Shown here in pieces: positions 27,118-35,563 of a stretch of 64,000 nucleotides of DNA. How positions within the stretch are numbered: position 1 is the stretch's first letter; each line of letters starts with the position of its first letter. Below the pieces are notes generated by a model that saw nothing but the letters and a program-made list of their open reading frames with translations, was not told the origin of the DNA and did no database searches. The position numbers and the translations under genes were made by a program. The DNA comes from Pseudomonadales bacterium (GTDB lineage Bacteria > Pseudomonadota > Gammaproteobacteria > Pseudomonadales > Azotimanducaceae), in assembly GCA_028281885.1 (NCBI GenBank), contig JANQJA010000011.1, positions 129,200 through 193,199 of the forward strand. The letters run 5' to 3'.

Positions 27118-29163
27118 TTACTCGGGCTGGATCAGTGCTTCTCTCAGCTGATCGGATATTCGCTGCGCATCTGACTCGTCCTTCAACACATAGGCCGCCA
27201 CCATCACAAGCAGTTCAGTACTGCTCCCGGTGGCCGACTCGGATTTGAACGCCTTGCCCAATAGCGGGATGCGGCCCAGCAACGGGATACCCTGTTCGCC
27301 CTTGCTCTGGGTATTGGAGATCAGACCACCGAGTACGATCGAACCCCCGTCCCGCAGGGTTAGCGAGGTATTGACGGATCGATTGAACACAGTGGGCAGA
27401 AAGGTATCACCGGAGCCAGTGTCCTGGGTTTCCGCGAGCGTCTGTTGAATCTCGATCTCGACCAGTCCGCTGGCCTGGACAATGGGTTTCACACTGAGAG
27501 TGACGCCCGTGCGGCGGTATTGGAACTGCTGCAGCACATTGGTATTTCCATCGGACTGGAAATCGCCCTGCGTCGTTGACGTCAAAACCGGTATCTCATT
27601 GCCCACTTCGATAGTGGCCTCTTCGCCACTTTTGACCATGAGTTTCGGTGATGAGCGGATCACTGCGCGATTTGAATCGTAAAACGCATTAATGACTGCC
27701 CGGGTCTGCCCCGCACTGTTGAGCGTGTAGGTAAAGCCACGCCCACCCAGGCCCAGCCCGCCGAGCGTTCCCAGTGTACCTGACAGATCATCAGCGGTTC
27801 CTTTGGCCAGCCATTCGACGCCGGTGCCTTCTGAATCGTTCAGCGTGACTTCCGCTAGCAGGACTTCCAGCAGTACGGACGGGACTGTCTTGTCCAGCTT
27901 CTGGATGATCTCAAGTAGTTCCATCCATTCGCTGCCGCGGCCTCGATAGATCAGCACGTTTCGCTGTTCATCCACGACCAGGCTGCCATCACCGACCTGA
28001 CTGTTCACTGCATCCGTTGACTGGTCCTCTGACCCCTGACTTCGCATTGAAGTTCCGTTGCCGCTGTATAGACGGCTCACCAGCGAAGCCAGGTCTTCGG
28101 CGCTGGTATTTTGCACTTCGTAGGTAAAGATGCCGGAGTCGATCTGGCGCTGGTAATCCCGGTCCAGGCGCGTTGCCCAGGACTGTACGTTATTCAAGGC
28201 GACTTTGTCGTTTGCCAGAACAACCAGCGCTTCCAGCTCTGGCATTGGAACCAGTGTAATGGTGCCCGGCAGACCACTGGGGCGACTGACGGCATAACCG
28301 GACGCAGACAGCAGGTCTGTCAGTCCTTTTTCCAACGCCGGGATTTCGATAAAGGCGGGTCGAATCAGGATCGAGTTCTTGCCCTTTAACAAGGGCTGAT
28401 CGAAGTAGCGAATTGCGTCAACCGCGTCAGCCACTTCTGCAGCGGGCCCGCGGAGCAGTATTGCATTTCGTGTGTTGTCCTGGGTCATGGTGACGCGTTG
28501 CCCCTTGATCAGGCCGTCCACGATACTGGTGATCTGGGAGGTTCGAACCACGTTTAGCTCGACTACCTGAAACACCGGCCGGTGGCTTGAGGGCACTTCG
28601 GGCATGGCTTCGCCTGTAATCAGCAGCGGCCGCTGATCGCCGGACACCGAACCTGACATATTGAATTGCCAGATGTTGGCCACCTGTTCGAGCGTCACAC
28701 CATAATTGGACAGGACCGTTCGCGCGGTTCGAAACAGTTCTTTGGGGGGCAACGGATCAGTCAGCCTGAGCGTCACCAGATCTGTCCGGTTCCTGAGTGC
28801 TGGTGCAAGCGTGTAGGAGAGATTCAGTTTTTCTCCGAAGATTTCGTTGATAAAGACAGGCAATGGCAGTTCGTTGACGCTGAGTTCGATCGGTGGCCCC
28901 TTCAGCTCGGGAACCTCGCTTGAGCTGCTAACTGACCGAGGTGCGCCGGTTGCCATGACTGGGCCGGGTTCTATTTCGATCGAGGTCTGCCCCCGATCAA
29001 CTGCCGCTTGTTCCGTGCTCTCGGCCCGGCCTGTACCGGTTTCCAATCGTTGACTGCCAAATAGTGAGCTGCGGTCAAGTGGGGTGCCAACGCATCCCCC
29101 CAGTGCGACGGTGCTTGAAATAGCGACGGCGAGTGCCCGTTTCTTGAAGGTCGGATTATTCAT
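27118..29163 (-). CDS. gspD: Type II secretion system secretin GspD (lipoprotein-type)
   Basis: Secretin C-domain motifs (VTLSVKPIV..., GGLISN..., GIPLLGRIPLLGKAFKS). N0/N1-like N-terminal repeats. Last gene of the gsp operon. Confidence 0.85.
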   Translation of the reverse strand: MNNPTFKKRALAVAISSTVALGGCVGTPLDRSSLFGSQRLETGTGRAESTEQAAVDRGQTSIEIEPGPVMATGAPRSVSSSSEVPELKGPPIELSVNELPLPVFINEIFGEKLNLSYTLAPALRNRTDLVTLRLTDPLPPKELFRTARTVLSNYGVTLEQVANIWQFNMSGSVSGDQRPLLITGEAMPEVPSSHRPVFQVVELNVVRTSQITSIVDGLIKGQRVTMTQDNTRNAILLRGPAAEVADAVDAIRYFDQPLLKGKNSILIRPAFIEIPALEKGLTDLLSASGYAVSRPSGLPGTITLVPMPELEALVVLANDKVALNNVQSWATRLDRDYQRQIDSGIFTYEVQNTSAEDLASLVSRLYSGNGTSMRSQGSEDQSTDAVNSQVGDGSLVVDEQRNVLIYRGRGSEWMELLEIIQKLDKTVPSVLLEVLLAEVTLNDSEGTGVEWLAKGTADDLSGTLGTLGGLGLGGRGFTYTLNSAGQTRAVINAFYDSNRAVIRSSPKLMVKSGEEATIEVGNEIPVLTSTTQGDFQSDGNTNVLQQFQYRRTGVTLSVKPIVQASGLVEIEIQQTLAETQDTGSGDTFLPTVFNRSVNTSLTLRDGGSIVLGGLISNTQSKGEQGIPLLGRIPLLGKAFKSESATGSSTELLVMVAAYVLKDESDAQRISDQLREALIQPE
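29092..29163 (-). other. Lipoprotein signal peptide/lipobox of GspD
   Basis: MNNPTFKKRALAVAISSTVALGG|C gives an L-G-G-C lipobox with Cys24. Confidence 0.6.
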
Positions 29164-29170
29164 ATCTGAT

Positions 29171-29713
29171 CTACTGTGTCAGTTGACTCATGTTGGCAGT
29201 TAAATCTGGCCTGGGGAACAGCTCAAGCCAGCGTGATTCCTGATGGGCGTTCTTGAGCAGCACGCGGTTACCTTCGATGCGTTTCAGGATCACAGCATCA
29301 GGAAGATGGGTGCCTGTTGTTGCTGAAAGGATCTCGATGCCATCTGATCCACGATCCGCTAGCAGGGCTTCGACCGGCGAGCCGCGAACGTTGATGATGG
29401 CGACGAGATGAAAACGATCGAGTCCCGAAGGAAGCGCCGGCTTCACGATGACAGGTTCCGGTTTGGACGGCCGTTCTTCGACCTGAACCGGTGGTGCGGG
29501 TGCTCTTGACGGTGCCGAGAAGTAACTTTTCTCCATGATCTGATTTAGCGCGGGTTCTGTCGTTTCAAGACCAATAAATGCCTGCTGGCTGTCACCCAGT
29601 ATCGTGTTGGTGTCGTTAAATCCCGAACCGCGGTATCCCGGCGCTGCCAGCCACCAGCCCAGCACGAGGATAGTGCTACCAAGGATCAGTGCGACTTTCT
29701 GGCGCAGCGTCAT
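29171..29713 (-). CDS. T2SS inner-membrane component, GspC/XpsN-like
   Basis: N-terminal TM helix (VALILGSTILVLGWWLAAP), a Pro-rich linker and a small C-terminal beta domain. Its position between gspM and gspD matches xps-type clusters. The assignment rests on position and architecture only. Confidence 0.45.
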   Translation of the reverse strand: MTLRQKVALILGSTILVLGWWLAAPGYRGSGFNDTNTILGDSQQAFIGLETTEPALNQIMEKSYFSAPSRAPAPPVQVEERPSKPEPVIVKPALPSGLDRFHLVAIINVRGSPVEALLADRGSDGIEILSATTGTHLPDAVILKRIEGNRVLLKNAHQESRWLELFPRPDLTANMSQLTQ

Positions 29714-30300
29714 TGGTCGTTACTCTCAAGACCGGTCAATGGTGTATTCACGTCAATCACCATAAAGACCCCTTTTCGGGTGCCGACGCGAATGTCGATG
29801 GTGTCAATGATCATTAACGGTTGATAGGACTCGAGCCTGGCGAGCCAGTCCCAGGGGACATTGACGCCGTCTTCCAATGCAGCCGTGATCTGACCTGTCA
29901 TCGTCCAGAGTTCTCTCGAAATCGGCTGCGGTTCGCCGAATTCGACCCTTCGGATCTCGACAGGGTCGATGGTATTGGTGCTCAGGTTGTCGATCGCTTC
30001 CCTGATCACAGCTTTGGCGAGCCCCCCGGTATCAACCGTCCAGGTCTGTTCCAGCAGGGCCTGGTGTTGAGACTCCACCACAGAGGCTTGCTTTGACCAG
30101 AAGGTATCGTCCTGTAAAGATCGCAGGTTCTCAAGCGCTGCTGTTTCACGCTGCCAGGCGATCTGTTTCAGGGTTAGTTCGTCGTCCAGCCACAAAGCAG
30201 CATAGAGCAGCAGAATCGCGCCGATCGCCCAGGTCCCCAGGCGCAATAATCCACTGCTCGCCCACTGCTCGCGCAGTTCAAGTTGTAATCGCTCAATCAT
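29710..30300 (-). CDS. gspM: T2SS protein GspM-like
   Basis: 196 aa with a single N-terminal TM helix (LLRLGTWAIGAILLLYAALWL). Overlaps gspL and the next gene by 8 and 4 nt. The assignment rests mainly on position and architecture. Confidence 0.55.
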   Translation of the reverse strand: MIERLQLELREQWASSGLLRLGTWAIGAILLLYAALWLDDELTLKQIAWQRETAALENLRSLQDDTFWSKQASVVESQHQALLEQTWTVDTGGLAKAVIREAIDNLSTNTIDPVEIRRVEFGEPQPISRELWTMTGQITAALEDGVNVPWDWLARLESYQPLMIIDTIDIRVGTRKGVFMVIDVNTPLTGLESNDQ

Positions 30301-31411
30301 CAGCGCTGCCTGGGGTGTCGTTCGTTGCGACGTTCAGATTGACAATGGCCAGGTGCTGATTCGTCGGCGTCTCCGCCTGAACGTTACTTAGTGCGGGCAA
30401 CTCCTCAAGGGAGCGGACGATGGTCGCCGCATTGATACCGATCGGCTGTTTATGCCACATCAGGGTGAGCTGGCCGCCCCGGTAGGACCATTGGCGCAGC
30501 ATGGTGTCATCCAGTTGCAGCGTATCTCCGATATCCCGTGCCAGTTCGAGGTGGGAGGGCTGCCTCATCGAGGTCAGTGCCCGGTTAAACTGGCTTAACA
30601 GGCGAACCTGATCGCGCTTTGCCAGCACGCTTTGAACTTCTGCCTTGATCTCCTGCTGTGACCGTTTTAGCGCATAGACCTCCCAGCTGGCACGCAGGTT
30701 AGCGACAAGAAAGATGGCAACGACGACAGCCAGCGCGGCACAGGTCATGGGCAGGACCCGGGACTCCAGCAGGCTGGTGGATGCCACAAGAGGTTCGCCG
30801 CGGGGCTGGCTGTCCTTGTCAATAGAGGGGCGGAGCGTTGGTTCAAGCGGGGCGGTGATACTGGCCTGCTGGCGACCCAGCCAGGCTCGGGCCTCGTCTG
30901 GGGAGATAGGACGGACTTCCCGTCGCTCGAACAAGCCAAGCGTCGGGTGCTGGTACTGAAGCAGGAACAAGCCTGACTCGTCATCGCAGACATAGCGGTA
31001 TTGGCCGTCAGCTAGCACAGGCCACATTGCGGTTTCAGGAACCAGGGTCACGTCACCCAGACTTTCGTGAATCTGCTGTTCGAGCGTCCTGGGCCAATAC
31101 CAGACGAGGGCGCGCTCACCATCGCGGACATACCAACCGTTGGCATCCTTGTAGGGGGCGCTTGCTTCCAGCTCGAGGGCAATGGATTCGCGCCATTGGC
31201 TGCGTGGCACTCCCTTCAGGTCGATGCGGGCGAACAGCAGCGCCTGCCGGGGCAGGGCGCAGGCGCCAAGCGGCAGCGATGGCATCGCGCCGATGGGCAG
31301 GGCGTCGTTACCCGTCCAGCGAAAGCTCGGACGGGAAATACGCTCGATAGTTGGGCCAGCTAGTTGCCGGACGCGCCTCACCATCTGATCGAGAGATTCC
31401 ATCAGGGCCAT
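30293..31411 (-). CDS. gspL: T2SS protein GspL-like
   Basis: A ~220-aa cytoplasmic domain, one TM helix (LPMTCAALAVVVAIFLVANL) and a ~125-aa periplasmic domain. ATG 31411 has AGGAA 9 nt upstream but overlaps the gspK 3' end by 104 nt. An alternative start is ATG 31285. Confidence 0.55.
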   Translation of the reverse strand: MALMESLDQMVRRVRQLAGPTIERISRPSFRWTGNDALPIGAMPSLPLGACALPRQALLFARIDLKGVPRSQWRESIALELEASAPYKDANGWYVRDGERALVWYWPRTLEQQIHESLGDVTLVPETAMWPVLADGQYRYVCDDESGLFLLQYQHPTLGLFERREVRPISPDEARAWLGRQQASITAPLEPTLRPSIDKDSQPRGEPLVASTSLLESRVLPMTCAALAVVVAIFLVANLRASWEVYALKRSQQEIKAEVQSVLAKRDQVRLLSQFNRALTSMRQPSHLELARDIGDTLQLDDTMLRQWSYRGGQLTLMWHKQPIGINAATIVRSLEELPALSNVQAETPTNQHLAIVNLNVATNDTPGSADD

Positions 31412-32399
31412 GGGTTGATTCCTGGAGCTTTGTGAATGGAAGATCGACGCGGTGATCGTATTCGATCACCCACGGTTCTTCCCCCGAGGAAGTAAATGTT
31501 ACGTTGATCCAGCGTGCTTGTCGCCCGTCCGCTCCCAACATGATTCGAACCGGGCCGAGCGGAAAGTATTGGGTGGACTCCGAGAAAGGAACAATCATAC
31601 CGGTCAGGTTCTGCACGGTATCGGGGCCGGTCAGGTTGTATCGCTGCCGGGCGGAGACGAATCGCGACGCCTGCTGTTCAGACCAGCCAAGCGCCGCCTG
31701 GAGCCACAGTCTGGTTGCCGTATTGAGCTGTACTGAACCGCCACGCAACGTGTGTGAGTTGGTGATCAGGTCCTGCAGCGATGGTCCCAGCTCGTCAGCA
31801 ATCGGCAGATTATTGAGTTCGTGAGGAGATACCATATAGCGATTGGCCGGGGCGGGCAGCGAGAGCGAACGATAGTCGGTATCTTCTGCACCGTTAATGG
31901 ACCTGAAATCATCGAGGTCCTGGTAGTCGGTCACCTGGCTCATGAGACGCGCACCCGCTTCGGCGGAGAGCCCCAGTGTGTGAGTCATCGGTCGCCATTC
32001 TTCCGCAAACTCAGAAACCAGAGAGAAGGTCGACAGGGTATCCTGCAAGGCGAAGGTGACATCGCCAATTCCATCGTACGGTGTACTGTCGAACCGCAAC
32101 GACGGGCTGATATCCACCTGGTCTTCAAATCCAGACAGAGGATCCAGTTCCATCTCGTTGTCGTTCGGCGTCAGGTCGGCACCTGCTGCGGTTCGGGGCA
32201 GGCCGGACAGCAGGAACAGCAGCGTCTGCTCGGTGGCCAGCATGTTGCGTTCCCGCTCGGAGACGAGACGCATTCGATAGGTCTGGTCGATCGTGGCATT
32301 GATCTGCGCGATGATCGTGCCGGCAATGATGGTCATCGCCGCCAGCGTCCACAGGACGACAGCGAGGATGAAGCCGGATTCACGATGCTGCTCCTTCAA
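31308..32399 (-). CDS. gspK: T2SS minor pseudopilin GspK
   Basis: N-terminus ESGFILAVVLWTLAAMTIIAGT is a prepilin-like helix lacking Glu+5, as in GspK. In-frame TTG 32399 is preceded by GAGGAG and overlaps the gspJ stop (TTGA). The longer ORF-track N-terminus is Arg/Pro-rich and implausible. Confidence 0.7.
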   Translation of the reverse strand: MKEQHRESGFILAVVLWTLAAMTIIAGTIIAQINATIDQTYRMRLVSERERNMLATEQTLLFLLSGLPRTAAGADLTPNDNEMELDPLSGFEDQVDISPSLRFDSTPYDGIGDVTFALQDTLSTFSLVSEFAEEWRPMTHTLGLSAEAGARLMSQVTDYQDLDDFRSINGAEDTDYRSLSLPAPANRYMVSPHELNNLPIADELGPSLQDLITNSHTLRGGSVQLNTATRLWLQAALGWSEQQASRFVSARQRYNLTGPDTVQNLTGMIVPFSESTQYFPLGPVRIMLGADGRQARWINVTFTSSGEEPWVIEYDHRVDLPFTKLQESTHGPDGISRSDGEARPATSWPNYRAYFPSELSLDG

Positions 32400-33067
32400 A
32401 ATCCGATCTCCTCTCGAACGTCGGGCATGCCCACCGGTCGTTGCCGGAGGTTGGCAAAGCCGAATACGGTTCGATGGCTGTCTTCGATCCGGATCGCTTT
32501 TGGCATCGACAGCGGCAGTTGACGTCCATAGACGTCGTCGCCTGGCAGAACCGTCGGGTGTTCCCAGCGACTCACCCATTTGCCCTCATCGTCCTGGTAG
32601 CTGAAACGCGCATCGGCAGGCAAATCCAGCGACGACAAGGATGTCGTGGCAGGCGCTTCTGGACGACCTTCACGGGCAACGAGGGTCGCATCGCCGGAAC
32701 CCGGCATCAGCTCCCAGCGGATCCAGGTTCGTGTTCCCGGCCGCGAATGAATACCGGCGAATGTATAGCCTTCGAAGGCTGTCGAGTTGCCGGTCAGGCA
32801 GTGGCTGGCATCGGCGCAGCCGATCAGGGAGACGAGAGAATCCTCGAACCAGAGCGCATCCCGCACCTGGACATCGAGGCCAGCGGAGATACGGGTCACC
32901 CGCTCATAAAGCCCCAGGGCGATGCCCAGTCCCTGAACGACGAGAGTGATCAGCAGTGTACCGATCACCATGGCGGCGAGCAGTTCCATCAGTGTCATTC
33001 CCGATTCAGAATTGAGGCGTCGGCGCATATTGAAGGCTCTCCACCTTACGGGTGACATATCGATCAA
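32396..33067 (-). CDS. gspJ: T2SS minor pseudopilin GspJ
   Basis: Prepilin-type N-terminus SESG|MTLMELLAAMVIGTLLITL. The start may be ATG 33028 (MRRRLNSESGMTLMEL). Confidence 0.7.
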   Translation of the reverse strand: MIDMSPVRWRAFNMRRRLNSESGMTLMELLAAMVIGTLLITLVVQGLGIALGLYERVTRISAGLDVQVRDALWFEDSLVSLIGCADASHCLTGNSTAFEGYTFAGIHSRPGTRTWIRWELMPGSGDATLVAREGRPEAPATTSLSSLDLPADARFSYQDDEGKWVSRWEHPTVLPGDDVYGRQLPLSMPKAIRIEDSHRTVFGFANLRQRPVGMPDVREEIGF

Positions 33068-33470
33068 TCAGTCTTGTGTCTTCAAGGATGTTGACGTCAA
33101 CGTTGTACAGGGCGATCAGGTGAATGCCCTGCTGGCCGACCGGGCTTCGCGTGGTCGCTGCCCGCATCCGGTCAAAGGTGGCATTGACCTGGTAGTCCTG
33201 GCCGTTCCGGGTGATGCTGAATTGCGCCGTGTGCTGCTCAGCCAGCTCCGGAATCTCGATGTGCCTGATCCAGGCAAGGACATCTGGTTGAATCGCAGCG
33301 GCCATTGCATGTGCTTCGGCCCTGGTGAGCCCCTGCAGCCCGGTATTGATCAGCGCAAAGAGGGCGCTACCGGCACCTGCGACCAGCACAATGGCAACCA
33401 GCGCCTCCAGCAGTGCAAAGCCGCCGAACCGCTTCCTGTTCTGGTGGGTCAGGTGCGCTGGGGCTGGCAT
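33006..33470 (-). CDS. gspI: T2SS minor pseudopilin GspI
   Basis: Prepilin-type N-terminus KRFGG|FALLEALVAIVLVAG. Size and position fit GspI. Confidence 0.7.
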   Translation of the reverse strand: MPAPAHLTHQNRKRFGGFALLEALVAIVLVAGAGSALFALINTGLQGLTRAEAHAMAAAIQPDVLAWIRHIEIPELAEQHTAQFSITRNGQDYQVNATFDRMRAATTRSPVGQQGIHLIALYNVDVNILEDTRLIDRYVTRKVESLQYAPTPQF

Positions 33471-33865
33471 CGTGGTGCCTCAAGTTGAATGGTAAAGGGC
33501 GTCTGATTGGCAAATTGCCAGCGGAGCAGTCCGCCGGTGCAGGCGCCGTTGGCGCGCCAGGTAACAGGTTCCTGTACCCATACTTTTAAAGACTGGAAAT
33601 GCTCAGGCAGCGGTTCCGGGGATTTACTTAGAATCCGGGTCGCTGGTTTGAATCCTTCAGTCCGGTTGATGTTGAAACTCTCGATGTCTTCCATCGTTCG
33701 GACCGGTAACGCCCGCAGGTAGACGATAACGCTGTTCTCATGCTGTTCTTCATCCAGTGAATCCACCAGCCGGACCAGGGACGGCATAGCGACACTCGCG
33801 CCCAGTCCCAGGATTACCAGGACGACAATCAGTTCCAGCAGAGTAAAACCGGTCATGTGTTTCAT
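33449..33865 (-). CDS. gspH: T2SS minor pseudopilin GspH
   Basis: MKHMTG|FTLLELIVVLVILG prepilin N-terminus. ATGA overlap with gspG. Confidence 0.7.
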   Translation of the reverse strand: MKHMTGFTLLELIVVLVILGLGASVAMPSLVRLVDSLDEEQHENSVIVYLRALPVRTMEDIESFNINRTEGFKPATRILSKSPEPLPEHFQSLKVWVQEPVTWRANGACTGGLLRWQFANQTPFTIQLEAPRCQPQRT

Positions 33866-34314
33866 CTTTGGTCGGGCAGATAGCCCACGTCTCCATCCAG
33901 CAAATCACCCCCTTGCTGACCGTCAGCGCCGTAGGAATACAGTACAAATCCCTGTGAATGGGACTGGCTGGGTCGGTAGATGTAGGGATTTCGCCAGGGG
34001 TCGAGAGGAAGTTCCCCATCGAGGTAGGGGCCCTGCCAGAAGGCTCGTTCGCGTTCGCTGGCGGGCGGGTTGTTCAGTGCGATGAGTCCCTCCGCTTCGG
34101 TCGGGAAGCGGCCCATATCAAGCCGGTAAGTCAGCAAAGCGGACTTGATCATCTGGATCTGGGTTTCCGCCGTCTGAATCTTCGCCGTGTCGGCCTTGCC
34201 GAACAGACGTGGGCCTACCAGGCCGGCCAGCAGTCCCAGAATCACGAGTACGACAAGGAGTTCTATCAGGGTGAAGCCGTATGTTTTTTGAATCATGTGG
34301 TTGCGGTATTTCAT
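33862..34314 (-). CDS. gspG: T2SS major pseudopilin GspG
   Basis: KTYG|FTLIELLVVLVILGLLAGLVGPR followed by GRFPTEAEGL ... DPWRNPYIY ... YSYGADGQQGG. These are classic GspG blocks. Confidence 0.9.
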   Translation of the reverse strand: MKYRNHMIQKTYGFTLIELLVVLVILGLLAGLVGPRLFGKADTAKIQTAETQIQMIKSALLTYRLDMGRFPTEAEGLIALNNPPASERERAFWQGPYLDGELPLDPWRNPYIYRPSQSHSQGFVLYSYGADGQQGGDLLDGDVGYLPDQR

Positions 34315-34333
34315 TTCAATTCCGGGTAAGAGA

Positions 34334-35563
34334 TTAGATGACGATGTCGTTGGCGCTGGTAATGGCCAGTATCACGCCCATGATAATGATACCGATGACG
34401 CCGCCGATCAGCAGGATCGCGGCGGGTTCGATCAGGGTCAGGAACCGGGTCATGCGGTTTCGGCCCGAGGTGTCATGCAGTTCTGCCAGCGCGGACAATA
34501 ACTGCGCGACTTCCCCCGACTTTTCCCCGGCTCGCAGCAGGTTGAACCCCGTTTCTGTGATCACGGCATTGTCCTTGAGCGCGGTCGACAAGGGTACGCC
34601 GGACTTCACCTGCGAAGCGGCGCGGTTCAGTCGGCGTCGCCGACTGGGTAGCTGGACACTGGATTCCGCCAGTTCAAGCGCTTTGAGGATCGGTACCCGG
34701 TGACGAGTCAGCGCGGCCATGATCGATGCCCAGCGTGCTGTTTCGGCTTCGACGATCCACTCGCCCACCACGGGAATCCTTTGCAGCGCGTCCGCGACTC
34801 TCAATCGAACGCCTGGCATGGCTGCCACGCGGACGAGAACGATGGCCGCGGCCGCCCCGCAGCCCAGCACCCACCAAAGGTGGGCGTTGACCCATTTGCC
34901 TGTGACGAGGACAGACCAGGCCAGTAGCGGCAGGTCGGCACTCCGGTCAAGCAGGTTCTCAAACTTGGGTACGACGAAGGTAAATACGAGCAGTACCGCC
35001 GCGATACCGGAGAAAACCAGGACCGCCGGGTAGATCAGCGCGTTCTGCATCTCGTCCCTGATCTTTTTTTCGTAGCTCAGCTGATCCACCGCGGTCTGCA
35101 GGCTTCTTCCCATTTCACCGGTGAGTTCGCCCGCCTGGACCAACTGGATCACATAGTCGGGCAGATCCACCGACGACTCCGTGAGGGCCTGGCTAAGGGA
35201 GTTACCCTGACGCAGTTGCGTCGCCCAGTTTTCGATGAGGGCCTGCAGACTTGCCTCTCGATCGCCGCCACTTAACGAATCCAGCGCGTCCTTCAGATTG
35301 ACGCCGGAACGCAGCAGGGTTGCCAGCTCTGTCAGGGTCAGTAACAAGGCATCGCGGCTGACCCTGCCGGATCGAGCCGTTGCCTGGCGTGAGTCAGCTT
35401 CGTGCAAGCGGGTAACCCTGAGTCCTTGTCGGGCGAGTTGTTCAAGGGCTTCCCTGCGATCCATGGCCTGGAGATCTGCTTCCAGTTTTCTGCCATTCGG
35501 GTCGATGGCGCGGTATCGAAAGTTCACGCCGGTACTCTCATGCTGGCACACCTGCTTCATCAC
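34334..35563 (-). CDS. gspF: T2SS inner-membrane platform protein GspF
   Basis: About 400 aa with two GspF-type repeats and three TM segments. FRYRAIDPNGRK start. The C-terminus EPAAILLIGGVIGIIIMGVILAI is typical. The true start may be GTG 35527. Confidence 0.88.
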   Translation of the reverse strand: MMKQVCQHESTGVNFRYRAIDPNGRKLEADLQAMDRREALEQLARQGLRVTRLHEADSRQATARSGRVSRDALLLTLTELATLLRSGVNLKDALDSLSGGDREASLQALIENWATQLRQGNSLSQALTESSVDLPDYVIQLVQAGELTGEMGRSLQTAVDQLSYEKKIRDEMQNALIYPAVLVFSGIAAVLLVFTFVVPKFENLLDRSADLPLLAWSVLVTGKWVNAHLWWVLGCGAAAAIVLVRVAAMPGVRLRVADALQRIPVVGEWIVEAETARWASIMAALTRHRVPILKALELAESSVQLPSRRRRLNRAASQVKSGVPLSTALKDNAVITETGFNLLRAGEKSGEVAQLLSALAELHDTSGRNRMTRFLTLIEPAAILLIGGVIGIIIMGVILAITSANDIVI

